Shown here piece by piece: positions 20,338 to 29,516 of a stretch of DNA of 64,000 nucleotides. The notes under the pieces were generated by a model. That model saw nothing but the letters and a program-made list of their open reading frames with translations, made no database searches and was not told the DNA's origin. The stretch comes from a virus. Taxonomy: Duplodnaviria; Heunggongvirae; Uroviricota; Caudoviricetes. The stretch is taken from the IMG/VR virus record IMGVR_UViG_3300035698_029829, positions 7,427 to 71,426 of that record. One strand, written 5' to 3'. The position numbers and the translations under genes are program-made. Numbering within the stretch: position 1 is the stretch's first letter; each line of letters starts with the position of its first letter.

Positions 20338-20338
20338 T

Positions 20339-20563
20339 TTAGTTCACCTGTTTCTTCTCGATCTCGTGTTTTTCCAGGACCTTGCCGTCCTCGTCTCTTA
20401 TCTCGATAGCCGTCCCATCACTCATAATGAGATCCATGACCCCATTCCACCACTCATAAGCAGCCGCTTCGCGCTCCGTCAACGGCACGCTCCACTGACA
20501 TTTCCGTATAGCCATCGCAATCTCATCGGCGGTGTAACCCTCTTTATTTTCGGTATCCACCAC
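20339..20563 (-). CDS. Hypothetical protein
   Basis: Short ORF in operon spacing. Confidence 0.5.
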   Translation of the reverse strand: MVDTENKEGYTADEIAMAIRKCQWSVPLTEREAAAYEWWNGVMDLIMSDGTAIEIRDEDGKVLEKHEIEKKQVN

Positions 20564-20564
20564 C

Positions 20565-20909
20565 TCACCCTACTCCCGCCACCAGTTTCTGAATCAGCCA
20601 CAGTGTCACCAAATGCAGTGTGTTGTCGATGATCACCCAACTCCAAGGGAACCAAGGTGGCTTCATGAATTTCGGTCGTCCTATCATCTCCAAATACCAC
20701 TGCACAAACAGCGTTCCATCGAGCAAGTAATGGCTGACGAAAATCAACGGCCACGTCCACCACGGCCACCAAGTGCAAAGCGCCACCGCCCCTGTATAAA
20801 CCAGACAGTGGACGAAGCAGGGAAACCAGTGCTCCTTCTTGTTAGACCCCATCCAATCGTTCTGGAGGAGGTAATCCCCGATCAGATGTCCGATAAACCA
20901 GTCCATCAT
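20565..20909 (-). CDS. DUF3307-like membrane protein
   Basis: HLIGDYLLQ..W...KK, H...Y, SHY..D, DNTLH. Confidence 0.75.
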   Translation of the reverse strand: MMDWFIGHLIGDYLLQNDWMGSNKKEHWFPCFVHCLVYTGAVALCTWWPWWTWPLIFVSHYLLDGTLFVQWYLEMIGRPKFMKPPWFPWSWVIIDNTLHLVTLWLIQKLVAGVG

Positions 20910-20915
20910 TTCACC

Positions 20916-21185
20916 TCATTGCGTCAGATCGTGGTCGGCCACGATCACAAAAGACAGCGTTTGGAACAGGAGGTGCGGTACCGCATCTTCGTCGATACCA
21001 AAGTGTTTCCTCACCGCCTCCGGCTTCATCGCATTCTCCGCCCGCACTCTTAACTCGTCGCCTTCCAAATCCTCGTAGAAAATCAGCATCCCGAGATTGC
21101 TCATATCACGTCCGTCAATGATGACCACCGGCGTAATGAGCGGACTCTGACCGGTCATATCGTGTATCACAGGGTTCGACATCAC
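20916..21185 (-). CDS. Hypothetical protein
   Basis: Short ORF in operon spacing. Confidence 0.5.
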   Translation of the reverse strand: MMSNPVIHDMTGQSPLITPVVIIDGRDMSNLGMLIFYEDLEGDELRVRAENAMKPEAVRKHFGIDEDAVPHLLFQTLSFVIVADHDLTQ

Positions 21186-22171
21186 TGGGCCTTCGTAGGC
21201 TGCCTCTCCACAGTTCCAAGCACGTAACGGCCCTGGGTGTCCACTTCCCGCACACGCGCGAAGATGAACGGTCCTTTGTCAAAGTCGGCTCCTACCGCCC
21301 GCAATACATCTGCCGGGTGCAGATCCTCTACGAGACTCACATCCTCCAGCGCAGCGAGTGCAGACTGGAATTGAGCCACGGACTTCAAATCCGGTACCTC
21401 CTCTTCCGGTAATCCCTTCTTCAGCTCCTCATTAAACTGTTTTTTTAAGGACGACGACCGACTTAACAGCTCATCTTTCTTCGCGAAAGAAGGCAACTTC
21501 CAAAAAACTTCGACGTGTAGATCGGCCAACACCGCCAAATCCTGCATCCGGTCGATGTCGAGATCGATCAATCGCAGTGACCGCCCCTCGCCCACACTGC
21601 CCACACCTATCAACGCCTTCTTAAAGGGTGTGAAATCCCTTGTATCCATGTGAACCAGCGAAAGGGCGTAAACGGTCACCAACGAATTTGGCGGAAGGAG
21701 AGGGATTTGAACCCCCGACGGCTTATCACCGCTATCGGTTTTCAAGACCGAGCCCTCGTGCCTCCGGACTCCTTCCTTACCCTGCTCTATCTCGGCTTTC
21801 ACGTGTTGATCGACCAAAATGAGATGCACGCCTTCAGGGAAGCTGAAATTCATCTGCTCCCGTAAATGACTCACGTATTTTTCCAAGCGCTCGCCGGTGA
21901 AATGGCCTGCGTCAAAAGTAACGAACACCGTGTCGCCCGCCTTCAGACCAGGCATCGCCGAGATGCGCAGATTGTCCTCTACGACGAGCACTTTAACACC
22001 CGACGGAACCACCTTTTTGAATTCCTCAGCAACACGCTCTATCATCTTGACACGCACAAACGGTGGCTGACATGCCTCCTTGCACAGCGTCGCGACGATT
22101 ACGTCACCATCCTTCAGATGTGTGTCCTTGCCAAGGCTCTCCACGGCAACCTTCAAATCATCCATTCCCAT
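21182..22171 (-). CDS. Hypothetical protein whose frame reads through tRNA-Ser(UGA)
   Basis: Open frame from ATG 22171 to 21182 spanning the tRNA at 21689-21776. Confidence 0.55.
   Translation of the reverse strand: MGMDDLKVAVESLGKDTHLKDGDVIVATLCKEACQPPFVRVKMIERVAEEFKKVVPSGVKVLVVEDNLRISAMPGLKAGDTVFVTFDAGHFTGERLEKYVSHLREQMNFSFPEGVHLILVDQHVKAEIEQGKEGVRRHEGSVLKTDSGDKPSGVQIPLLPPNSLVTVYALSLVHMDTRDFTPFKKALIGVGSVGEGRSLRLIDLDIDRMQDLAVLADLHVEVFWKLPSFAKKDELLSRSSSLKKQFNEELKKGLPEEEVPDLKSVAQFQSALAALEDVSLVEDLHPADVLRAVGADFDKGPFIFARVREVDTQGRYVLGTVERQPTKAQ
21689..21776 (-). tRNA. tRNA-Ser(TGA), candidate 8/4 fold
   Basis: GGAAGGAG/CTCCTTCC, loop CT-TGA-AA, long variable arm, G73, CCA. Confidence 0.8.
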
Positions 22172-22198
22172 CGAACACCCCCTTGAACGTTTTTTCTT

Positions 22199-22287
22199 TG
22201 GCGGAGAGAGTGGGATTCGAACCCACGAAGGTTTGACCCTTACTCGATTTCCAGTCGAGCGCCATAAACCAGCTAGGCGACCTCTCC
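22199..22287 (-). tRNA. tRNA-Ser(GGA)
   Basis: Cloverleaf, loop CT-GGA-AA, CCA encoded. Confidence 0.92.
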
Positions 22288-22626
22288 ATTCTTCTTCCTC
22301 GACGGTCTTGTACACTCCCGTATATGCTCGATGAGTTCATCATCGAGCTGCTGAGTAAACGACCGACAATCCAGGCTCTTCGGTACCGGCGGCTTCGGCA
22401 ACCTTTTATCCCGACCGCTGTCGAACACCGCCTGCGTTATTTTCTGGAGGAACACGAGCCAAGAATCGGAGTACCGATGTCGAAACGTGACGCCCTTGAA
22501 CAACGGTGGCCTCATGATGACGTACTCGTGTTCATCGTCGTAACCGGTTACCGGACCTATACGACCCGCCACCAGCCTCCCGACCTTGTTGTCCGGCGTC
22601 ACCGTAATCTCGACCTTAAAAGACAA
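22273..22626 (-). CDS. Hypothetical protein
   Basis: TTG start after GAGGAGG; TAG stop inside the tRNA-Ser D arm. Confidence 0.55.
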   Translation of the reverse strand: MSFKVEITVTPDNKVGRLVAGRIGPVTGYDDEHEYVIMRPPLFKGVTFRHRYSDSWLVFLQKITQAVFDSGRDKRLPKPPVPKSLDCRSFTQQLDDELIEHIRECTRPSRKKNGEVA

Positions 22627-22647
22627 ACCGACCTCCTCGCGTCCTCG

Positions 22648-22723
22648 TGGTGGAAGCGATGGGGCTCGAACCCACAATCTCGGCGTCGCGAACGCCGCGC
22701 TCTTCCAATTGAGCTACACCCCC
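22648..22723 (-). tRNA. tRNA-Ala(CGC)
   Basis: G3-U70, loop TT-CGC-GA, CCA. Confidence 0.9.
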
Positions 22724-22727
22724 GTAC

Positions 22728-22815
22728 TGGCGGAGAGGGCGGGATTCGAACCCGCGAGGGTGTTACCCCTGCCCGCTTTCGAAACGGGTGCCCTAAACCA
22801 CTAGGCGACCCCTCC
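22728..22815 (-). tRNA. tRNA-Ser(CGA)
   Basis: Loop TT-CGA-AA, long variable arm, CCA. Confidence 0.92.
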
Positions 22816-22900
22816 GCAGACGCCAAGGAGGCGTCGATGAAAAAAATCATAGAGAGATGCCGTGCCCGAAGCTCTCGCTTCGACCCTATCTTACCACCAA

Positions 22901-22973
22901 GGCCGGGAGTGGGATTTGAACCCACGAATTTCCTGCTTACCATGCAGGTGCCTTACCACTTGGCTATCCCGGC
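22901..22973 (-). tRNA. tRNA-Thr(GGT)
   Basis: Loop AT-GGT-AA; no encoded CCA. Confidence 0.88.
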
Positions 22974-23221
22974 GCATCGCCCTCCACGTCGTCTTGGTCT
23001 TCTTTGGTTTCTGGCGGCTCCCCTATAGCGTCCAGCGCAGCTTGCTGCGCCTTCTTCTTGTAGTAATACGTCCATTTCATGATCTGCCTGAACACGGGGT
23101 TTTTAATCCCCTCGATTTGTTCTTTCGTGTACCTTAACACTCGAATCGCAAGCTCAACGAGCCCGTACACCACGAACACCAAGCAGATTAAGAAAAACGT
23201 CAGCGATAGCATGACTCGCAT
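22964..23221 (-). CDS. Small membrane protein
   Basis: N-terminal hydrophobic segment. Confidence 0.55.
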   Translation of the reverse strand: MRVMLSLTFFLICLVFVVYGLVELAIRVLRYTKEQIEGIKNPVFRQIMKWTYYYKKKAQQAALDAIGEPPETKEDQDDVEGDAPG

Positions 23222-23223
23222 TG

Positions 23224-23817
23224 TTACTTCCCTTCAGGTTTCTTAACCTTCTTCAGGACTGCTGCCTTGCTCAACTTGATCGTCGTGGACGCCTTCGCAC
23301 CTGCCTTGCGATGCCAGACCCCAAGCTCATCCTGCTCAACGCGGTATGGGAAGGTCGTGATCTTGTGCTCAGTGTAGATTGGCTCAAGCGCCCCACCTGG
23401 ACCGACGCATAAAATCCACGTCCCATCTGTGTTCTTCGAGCTGAACAGGCCATTCGGTTCGGCTTGTTCAATAGTCGTTTGAACATCTCGTCTGACTGGA
23501 TTCGTCAGTGACGTGTCAGCCGGAATGCCGTAGCCAATCGACGGACAATCAAATCTCGTTGCGCCCATGACCGATTCAATGATCGTGTGCGTGTGTCTTG
23601 CCTCGTTCGTTGCTGTATAAATCTGCTTGTAAACGTCCCTCGCTTGCGAGTAATCGAAATACGGAATCGGCTGCGCTGTCGCATAAAGCTCTTGCTGCTT
23701 ATTCACATCTCTTCGATCCCTGTCCTCCTGGTCATCGCATCCATCACTACCAATCACCAAAAAGGCAACCAGCAGAATCAGCGCCGTCAAAGTAACCTTG
23801 CTAAATTTCGATTTCAT
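23224..23817 (-). CDS. Putative lipoprotein
   Basis: Signal-like N-terminus ending GSDGC; SD AGAAGG. Confidence 0.65.
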   Translation of the reverse strand: MKSKFSKVTLTALILLVAFLVIGSDGCDDQEDRDRRDVNKQQELYATAQPIPYFDYSQARDVYKQIYTATNEARHTHTIIESVMGATRFDCPSIGYGIPADTSLTNPVRRDVQTTIEQAEPNGLFSSKNTDGTWILCVGPGGALEPIYTEHKITTFPYRVEQDELGVWHRKAGAKASTTIKLSKAAVLKKVKKPEGK

Positions 23818-23842
23818 CTTCCTTCTCCTATCCTTCATTTGG

Positions 23843-24256
23843 TTAATAGGTCCTCGAATGCGTCTCCAGGAAGCTGGCAATATGAGCCGGAATCTCCGAC
23901 TCAGGGATCAACCCCGCCTCATCGTGCATCCTGTTCAGCGTCGCAGCGTTCTGATCCATGAGTGACTGGACGAGCATTTCCTCATCCGGCATGTTCTTAA
24001 ACTGGACAATGGCGGTAACGGTCCTCATGTAATCGCCATGCAACTTGCTCAGTAAATGAGCCTTTGCTTCCGTGTACCGCTGCGTTCTCTGGGTGATCTC
24101 ACGTTTGACATCCTGAAACTCTTTCTCGACTTGCAAGAAGCCAAACTCTGCCGCGACGAAAAGCGCCACAATGGCTATGAGCGCCAGAGCAACCATGATC
24201 GCTGCCACAAACATTTTTGGATATTCCTTTCGGAATTCCGTAAACCAACCATCCAT
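23843..24256 (-). CDS. Membrane-anchored hypothetical protein
   Basis: One TM segment then helical domain. Confidence 0.6.
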   Translation of the reverse strand: MDGWFTEFRKEYPKMFVAAIMVALALIAIVALFVAAEFGFLQVEKEFQDVKREITQRTQRYTEAKAHLLSKLHGDYMRTVTAIVQFKNMPDEEMLVQSLMDQNAATLNRMHDEAGLIPESEIPAHIASFLETHSRTY

Positions 24257-24318
24257 TTTCTCTCCTCTCTGTCTCTCTGTTAAAATACCCAGCACTGAAC
24301 CTCAAAGCTCCGAACTTT

Positions 24319-24396
24319 TGGTCGGGGTGGCCGGACTCGAACCGGCGACTCCACGGCCCCCAGCCGTGTACTCTAAACCAACTGAGCTACACCCCG
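24319..24396 (-). tRNA. tRNA-Pro(GGG)
   Basis: C1-G72, loop CT-GGG-GG, CCA. Confidence 0.92.
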
Positions 24397-25275
24397 TCAC
24401 TTCGTCCTGTAGGCGTTCATCAGGAGGTGGTATTCGAGCTTTCCTTCAAGCCCCTCGAACACGCTCACCACCTCATCGCTCCAAGCGCGTGCCTCGTTGT
24501 TATAAACAAACGCCGTTCGGCGTTCAGATCCCTTGCCGTTCACAAAATTTATGCCCTTCGGCGTAATCCGATAGAGGTAGTTGTGACGTGGATGACGCTC
24601 CAACAACCCCCAATGCCGCATGTACGGCCCCCAGTCATCGCGGCGACAAAGCACCTTCTTGAGGTTCTCGTCCGTCAACTTAAGCAAAATGCTCCGCTTG
24701 ACGTGAACCCAACCATCTTCCGGTTGAAACACCTCGGTATAGCGTTTCAGGAGAATAAGGGTTGCCACGGGACCTACGTCCAAGCTGCGCGGAGCCAATG
24801 TGGCGATGCGTTCACAGCACTTACAATCCGCACGACCGCGTTCTTCCAACGTTTTATAAAAGGCGTTCCTGCCCTCCAAAATCGTGCTGTGATCATTCAC
24901 CGTCGTCACTACTTTGGGATCGCGTAGCCCCGACAAACTCGCGATCTCGTGCACGAGCGCCCACCGCCGCAGGTCGCTCTCAAACGCCCGCAGCCACGCG
25001 AGCGACGGTACGCCACCGTTAGCCGTCTCATCACGGAATTTCATCTCGTGGTGATCCATCGGCACGTAGTCAGCGCAGGTGCCGCTGTGCGTACCCCAAT
25101 CCACCAGGCATTGCTTACAGATGTCGGGGCCGTACCTGCTCCCAGCGAGCTGGCTCGCCTTCGCGCACACCGACCCATCGGGCACCTTAAACACCCAGGG
25201 TTCAGATGGGTTCGCAGCCCGTTTATCGACCAGATTCGCAAGCTGTAGAATGATCCTTTTCCGCGCGTCTTCCAC
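24397..25275 (-). CDS. Hypothetical protein
   Basis: 292-aa ORF, GTG start after GAGG. Confidence 0.6.
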   Translation of the reverse strand: MEDARKRIILQLANLVDKRAANPSEPWVFKVPDGSVCAKASQLAGSRYGPDICKQCLVDWGTHSGTCADYVPMDHHEMKFRDETANGGVPSLAWLRAFESDLRRWALVHEIASLSGLRDPKVVTTVNDHSTILEGRNAFYKTLEERGRADCKCCERIATLAPRSLDVGPVATLILLKRYTEVFQPEDGWVHVKRSILLKLTDENLKKVLCRRDDWGPYMRHWGLLERHPRHNYLYRITPKGINFVNGKGSERRTAFVYNNEARAWSDEVVSVFEGLEGKLEYHLLMNAYRTK

Positions 25276-25380
25276 GTTTACCTCGAAGTTTTGGACGGCC
25301 TCAACCTATTCACGCGGCTCTTCCTCCGCGTTGTCCATAGCCGCCCCGGCGACACCCATATTCCATTGTCGCTTCCCCGC

Positions 25381-25429
25381 TGGTCGGAGTCAGAGGAATC
25401 GAACCTCCAAGCAGCCGAACTGCACTCCG
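25381..25429 (-). ncRNA. 49-nt tRNA minihelix-like element
   Basis: CGGAGT/ACTCCG stem, GCAG-TTCGG-CTGC hairpin, T arm TTCGATT, A-CCA end. Confidence 0.55.
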
Positions 25430-25434
25430 TCATT

Positions 25435-25752
25435 TCAACGCTGGTCGCTTGCAATCCTTTCTTCCATCTTCTGATTAATGTATTCCAAACCGAGCAACCA
25501 AAGGATTACCGTCCTCAACGCCGCCATTTTCTCACCACTCGCATACCGATAGGCCAGGATCACAAGCGTACCTTCGGGCTTCGGCGAATCGAAGGAGACC
25601 CACCAATCGTTGCTCCGGCCGAGCGTGTACTGATAACCGCTGTCTTTGGCTTGATAGTCGTCTGAACCGAGGATAAGCCACCCCAGGCGCTGGAGGAGCC
25701 ATTGCTTATCCATACGGGGTTGTATCCAAAACCTGATCGCATTGCTTGCCAT
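25435..25752 (-). CDS. Hypothetical protein
   Basis: ATG 25752 with GGAGG SD downstream of promoter at 25797. Confidence 0.6.
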   Translation of the reverse strand: MASNAIRFWIQPRMDKQWLLQRLGWLILGSDDYQAKDSGYQYTLGRSNDWWVSFDSPKPEGTLVILAYRYASGEKMAALRTVILWLLGLEYINQKMEERIASDQR

Positions 25753-25810
25753 GAAAAGATACCTCCAGAACGACAAATACCAAAGAAAGAAGGGTTTGTC
25801 AAGAGTTTTG

Positions 25811-25886
25811 TGGTGGATGATGCGGGAATCGAACCCGCCACCTCCGGCTTGCAAAACCGGTGCTCTTCCAGATGAGCCAATCACCC
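25811..25886 (-). tRNA. tRNA-Ala(TGC)
   Basis: G3-U70, loop TT-TGC-AA, CCA. Confidence 0.9.
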
Positions 25887-25893
25887 ATAAAAT

Positions 25894-26030
25894 GAGGACA
25901 AACGTCAGGGCAGGATAGTTTCTGCCACAGGTTCGGTAAGTTCCATGGAGCTTACTTCTTCCCGTCCATTCTACTTGTCGCCGTTTATTAGACAGCTACA
26001 GAGGTTATTTAACACCGACGTTCGGTCCTC
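25894..26030 (-). ncRNA. Candidate structured ncRNA between two tRNA-Ala genes
   Basis: Ends pair: GAGGAC/GTCCTC and AACGTC/GACGTT; no ORF. Confidence 0.5.
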
Positions 26031-26032
26031 GT

Positions 26033-26108
26033 TGGTGGAGCCTACGGGAATCGAACCCGCCACCTCCTGCTTGCCGAGCAGGCGCTCTTCCATCTGAGCT
26101 AAGGCCCC
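26033..26108 (-). tRNA. tRNA-Ala(GGC), C33
   Basis: G3-U70, loop TC-GGC-AA, CCA. Confidence 0.9.
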
Positions 26109-26578
26109 AAAACCATCTTCTTTAGGAATTCCGGCACTGTATCGCCCTCGGCCTCCCGCACCAACCGGAACAGGGCGTCCGACGGCAACTCGTGCAGGCT
26201 CTCCCCATGTGTCCGCACCACTTCCGCTATCACTTCGTCAGTAAGCTCCAAGTACACCAGCGTCACGTCGTTCCCACCTGCGTCGATTACCTTGTCATCC
26301 AAAGCGGGCGGCACGTAGGAGTAGATACAGGCAAAGTTCTCCTCGGCGATATCGTCGTATCGTTGAATGGCGTACCGCAGTATACTGTGTACGCCGAATT
26401 TATTGGGGTTCAGGTGCCGGGCCGAAGCATGGACCGGCCTATGGAGGGCGTCTTCAAAGACAGGCGTGTACACCTGCTGCGCCAGGATAGGGATCAACCC
26501 TGGAAAGAACCAGGCCGTTGCCTGCTCTCCAACCCGGCGTGCAACAGGCGATCCTGCTTCTGGAACCTCTCTCTGCAC
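26099..26578 (-). CDS. Hypothetical protein
   Basis: 159-aa ORF; TAG stop is U8-A9-G10 of tRNA-Ala. Confidence 0.55.
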   Translation of the reverse strand: MQREVPEAGSPVARRVGEQATAWFFPGLIPILAQQVYTPVFEDALHRPVHASARHLNPNKFGVHSILRYAIQRYDDIAEENFACIYSYVPPALDDKVIDAGGNDVTLVYLELTDEVIAEVVRTHGESLHELPSDALFRLVREAEGDTVPEFLKKMVLGP

Positions 26579-26745
26579 TCCTTCAATTCCTCCTCAGTCT
26601 CAGCGCCCAACGCATCGATCACCGCTGATTCATACTCATCCTCGTTGAAATCCTCAAGCTTTGGGCGTGCCTCCTCGATTTCATCTTCATACTCAAAGAT
26701 CCCGATCAAGATCGCCTTACGCTCATCCTGACCTCGTTGCCTCAT
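26494..26745 (-). CDS. Small acidic hypothetical protein
   Basis: SD AGAGGAGG. Confidence 0.5.
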   Translation of the reverse strand: MRQRGQDERKAILIGIFEYEDEIEEARPKLEDFNEDEYESAVIDALGAETEEELKECRERFQKQDRLLHAGLESRQRPGSFQG

Positions 26746-27400
26746 ATAAATGCCTCCTCTTGATGTAGTCAGCCACCTCGGGCGTTACCAGGCCATCCAG
26801 CGGCCCTCTGGCTGCCGCACGACGGCGTACGTCGGTGGAGGATACTTCCATGTCTTCCGTCGATAAAAAGGCCAAGAGACCCTCCTCGTGCGTCCAGAGA
26901 CCCCTTCCAAAGTTGGACCAAGCCGTCGGCGCAGGAAAAACCTCGGGCGGAGGCGGAGGGTCATATCCCAGGCGCGTAAACACCACTATATCCGCCTGCC
27001 GAAGCAGATCCTGATACCAACGCCATGTTGGCAACGTCGGGTAAGTATCTGCGCCCACCAAGAGCACCGGCCGCCCGACGGCAGCCGTCAATTCCTCCAC
27101 GGTATCGACGGTGTAACTCACGGTGTCGCGCCGCAACTCCACATCGCTCGCTTCTAAGCCTTCGTACCCGGCTACAGCCAGCTTCACCATGTGAAAGCGG
27201 TGTTCGCCGGAGGCACGCGGGCCATTGGGTTTGTAAGGGCTAACGTAGGTAGGCACAAGCAACACCCGCCGCAGACCAAGTGTTTGTTGAGCATCCTCCG
27301 CTTTACGGAGATGGCCCAGATGAATCGGGTCGAAGGACCCACCAAAGAGACCGATGCGCCCACGCACGAAGCTAAGTAGCTGCGGATGTGGCTTATCCAT
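26723..27400 (-). CDS. nadD: Nicotinate-nucleotide adenylyltransferase
   Basis: LFGGSFDPIHLGHL, SPYK, VSYTVDT, GAD, VSSTDVR. Confidence 0.93.
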   Translation of the reverse strand: MDKPHPQLLSFVRGRIGLFGGSFDPIHLGHLRKAEDAQQTLGLRRVLLVPTYVSPYKPNGPRASGEHRFHMVKLAVAGYEGLEASDVELRRDTVSYTVDTVEELTAAVGRPVLLVGADTYPTLPTWRWYQDLLRQADIVVFTRLGYDPPPPPEVFPAPTAWSNFGRGLWTHEEGLLAFLSTEDMEVSSTDVRRRAAARGPLDGLVTPEVADYIKRRHLYEATRSG

Positions 27401-27458
27401 ACGAAAAAGCTACCAGTCTTCTCAGAGTTTGTCAAGAGTATTCATGGTACGAAACTGA

Positions 27459-27532
27459 TACGCGGGGCGGGACTCGAACCCGCATAAAAGCAGCTTGTAA
27501 GGCTGCCGCCTGGCCAATTAGGCGACCCGCGC
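27459..27532 (-). tRNA. tRNA-Val(TAC)
   Basis: Loop CT-TAC-AA, A73; atypical D arm. Confidence 0.82.
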
Positions 27533-27569
27533 GCATAGTAGCCCTTCCCAGGCTCGAACCGAAAATCTC

Positions 27570-28049
27570 TTAAATGATGGACAGCCCGATGCCGTCAGAA
27601 TACACGGTGATCGAATCATGGTTGCCTGAAATAATTACGTTAGGCTGCCCGTCAATAAACTCCCCACCTTCGCAAGTCAAAGTGATTGGAAAGGTCCCCG
27701 CTCCACCAGATCCGTCTTTGATTACCACCCTTCGATTGCTGGCCACGATCTGAGCGGTCATCCACCGAAGCACGCAAAACCCCATTGTTGCCCGAGTAAC
27801 ATGAAGAATTGCATCATCCGCGAGAATGTCATAATTCGCGACGTTGACGATTGTCGGGGGCTTTGCATTGATAGCCTCCCAGCAAACGCCACCGACACCG
27901 TCGGCCACGATGTGCCAGCCAGCCGTGACGCCTGTACTCAGGATGTCGATGCCTTCGGGGAAACCCAAGATCTTCCACGTTTCACCGCTGTCCTCGGTAT
28001 ACTCCCAATGACCTCCTCTGAGTCGTACATTGAACCAAGGCCCAGGCAT
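27570..28049 (-). CDS. Putative virion/fibre-associated protein
   Basis: C-terminal IKDGSG.AG..PIT.....IDG....SITVYSDG motif seen in phage fibre-type domains. Confidence 0.5.
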   Translation of the reverse strand: MPGPWFNVRLRGGHWEYTEDSGETWKILGFPEGIDILSTGVTAGWHIVADGVGGVCWEAINAKPPTIVNVANYDILADDAILHVTRATMGFCVLRWMTAQIVASNRRVVIKDGSGGAGTFPITLTCEGGEFIDGQPNVIISGNHDSITVYSDGIGLSII

Positions 28050-28169
28050 AGTGACCCTCGCTATTGTTCTCCATCTATTATCTTCGAGAGAACTGCTCGT
28101 TGGCCACTAAGATAAAGCGTCGCTCAAACTTCAAAAAAATGATACAGAGAAGGATTCGAGCCCCAAGTC

Positions 28170-29504
28170 CTAAGAGTGAATTTCCACGAATCCCGTTGTT
28201 GAGACCCGCATGTGGATTAGCCCAGTCAGATCTTCTTGGATAATAATTTTCAGTCTGTCCAAATCCTTGTGCTTCAGAATAATCGGGACCGGGAGCTTGA
28301 GGCTGACGACAAGGACGGTATTGGTGCCGTCACCATCAGCTTGGTAAGTGGTTCCAGCCCACCAAAGGAGTTCGCCTAAACTGTGGATGGTCTCTGAGGT
28401 GACACGTACACCGCCCTGCCATTGCTCGTAGCGATAGCCCTCCAGGAGTGTCTCTCCCAGGATCTTATCGTAAGCCAATGCAGGAGGCGTAGCAGCCAAA
28501 GCATCCACGAAATAATGACGAACCTCCGTGATATGCAACCAAGTACCGGCATCGGGGCTGACTTCGTACTCTACGATACCAGCGCCGCCGCCCTCATCCT
28601 CCCACTCGATCAAGTCGATGTACACCATCAAAAGCGCGTCTTTAATTTTAATCCTGACGCTTGAGACTGTCTTCCCGACCAAATCCAAATCCGTAAGAGG
28701 GACGATAAAACGCTGCCATTCATCCAACGCAGCAGTATCCAGATAGTCTTCGATGTTGACTTTGTTCCCGACGGCACCACCAGCAGCGTCCTTACCCCAG
28801 AACTCAATGTGTTTTCCGGCTTTCCAGCTTGTAATGTAGATCCACCCGGAAACCACGTCGTAAGTTGTAAGATCCAGAGGAGCGCCTGCGGTGAAGGCAG
28901 CCTCGCCGTCCCTACCGGCAGCAATAGCATCAACGGACCTGCCGGAACCAGGGCAGCTCACGACATCACTGGTGTTGCACTTGGTGATGTCATGTGACGG
29001 GTCGGCGATGATGGACACCACCGCCCCTGTCGCCGTCGCCGACACCCCTGTGATTGTATCAAGCTCGGCGGCGAGGGCCGTAGCCGTTGCATCGTTGTCC
29101 CCTCCGACGAGGTTCCAATCAACACCTTCGGTGATGGTCGTGTCCGCTCCGCCAACCCCAATAGTCTGAGTGTCATTGGCGCAGTTGTTCGCATTGGTGA
29201 TGGTGATAACTGCTTGCTTGGCGTGCGTATCATCAGCCACAAAATCCCAAGTTCCCTTAATCGCAAGAGCAGTCCAGAAATTTTGATCCCCGCCGTCGTA
29301 GATACCCAGCGGAACACCAGCGAGGCCACCAGGGATCGCCATCTCCGCCCCGTAGTCATCATTGAGAAAAAACTTGTACGCAGGGTCGAATATTTTCAAC
29401 GGACGGGTAGCAACAACGGCCGCGCGGGTTTCGTCCCCTTGGGCATTGTCAACTGCCGCTTGGAGGCCGGTTTCAGAATCGGCTATTAAGGTCCTGAGCG
29501 CCAT
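28170..29504 (-). CDS. Hypothetical protein (possibly structural)
   Basis: 444-aa Ala/Gly/Thr/Asp-rich ORF. Confidence 0.65.
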   Translation of the reverse strand: MALRTLIADSETGLQAAVDNAQGDETRAAVVATRPLKIFDPAYKFFLNDDYGAEMAIPGGLAGVPLGIYDGGDQNFWTALAIKGTWDFVADDTHAKQAVITITNANNCANDTQTIGVGGADTTITEGVDWNLVGGDNDATATALAAELDTITGVSATATGAVVSIIADPSHDITKCNTSDVVSCPGSGRSVDAIAAGRDGEAAFTAGAPLDLTTYDVVSGWIYITSWKAGKHIEFWGKDAAGGAVGNKVNIEDYLDTAALDEWQRFIVPLTDLDLVGKTVSSVRIKIKDALLMVYIDLIEWEDEGGGAGIVEYEVSPDAGTWLHITEVRHYFVDALAATPPALAYDKILGETLLEGYRYEQWQGGVRVTSETIHSLGELLWWAGTTYQADGDGTNTVLVVSLKLPVPIILKHKDLDRLKIIIQEDLTGLIHMRVSTTGFVEIHS

Positions 29505-29516
29505 TGATTACAGCCT

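Noticed and set aside
22324-23028. ORFs running across tRNA clusters (also 31715-32281, 48407-49003, 53928-54428, 56328-56651)
   Set aside because: Translations are tRNA sequence (GSNP, GFEP, VQIP patterns), not protein.
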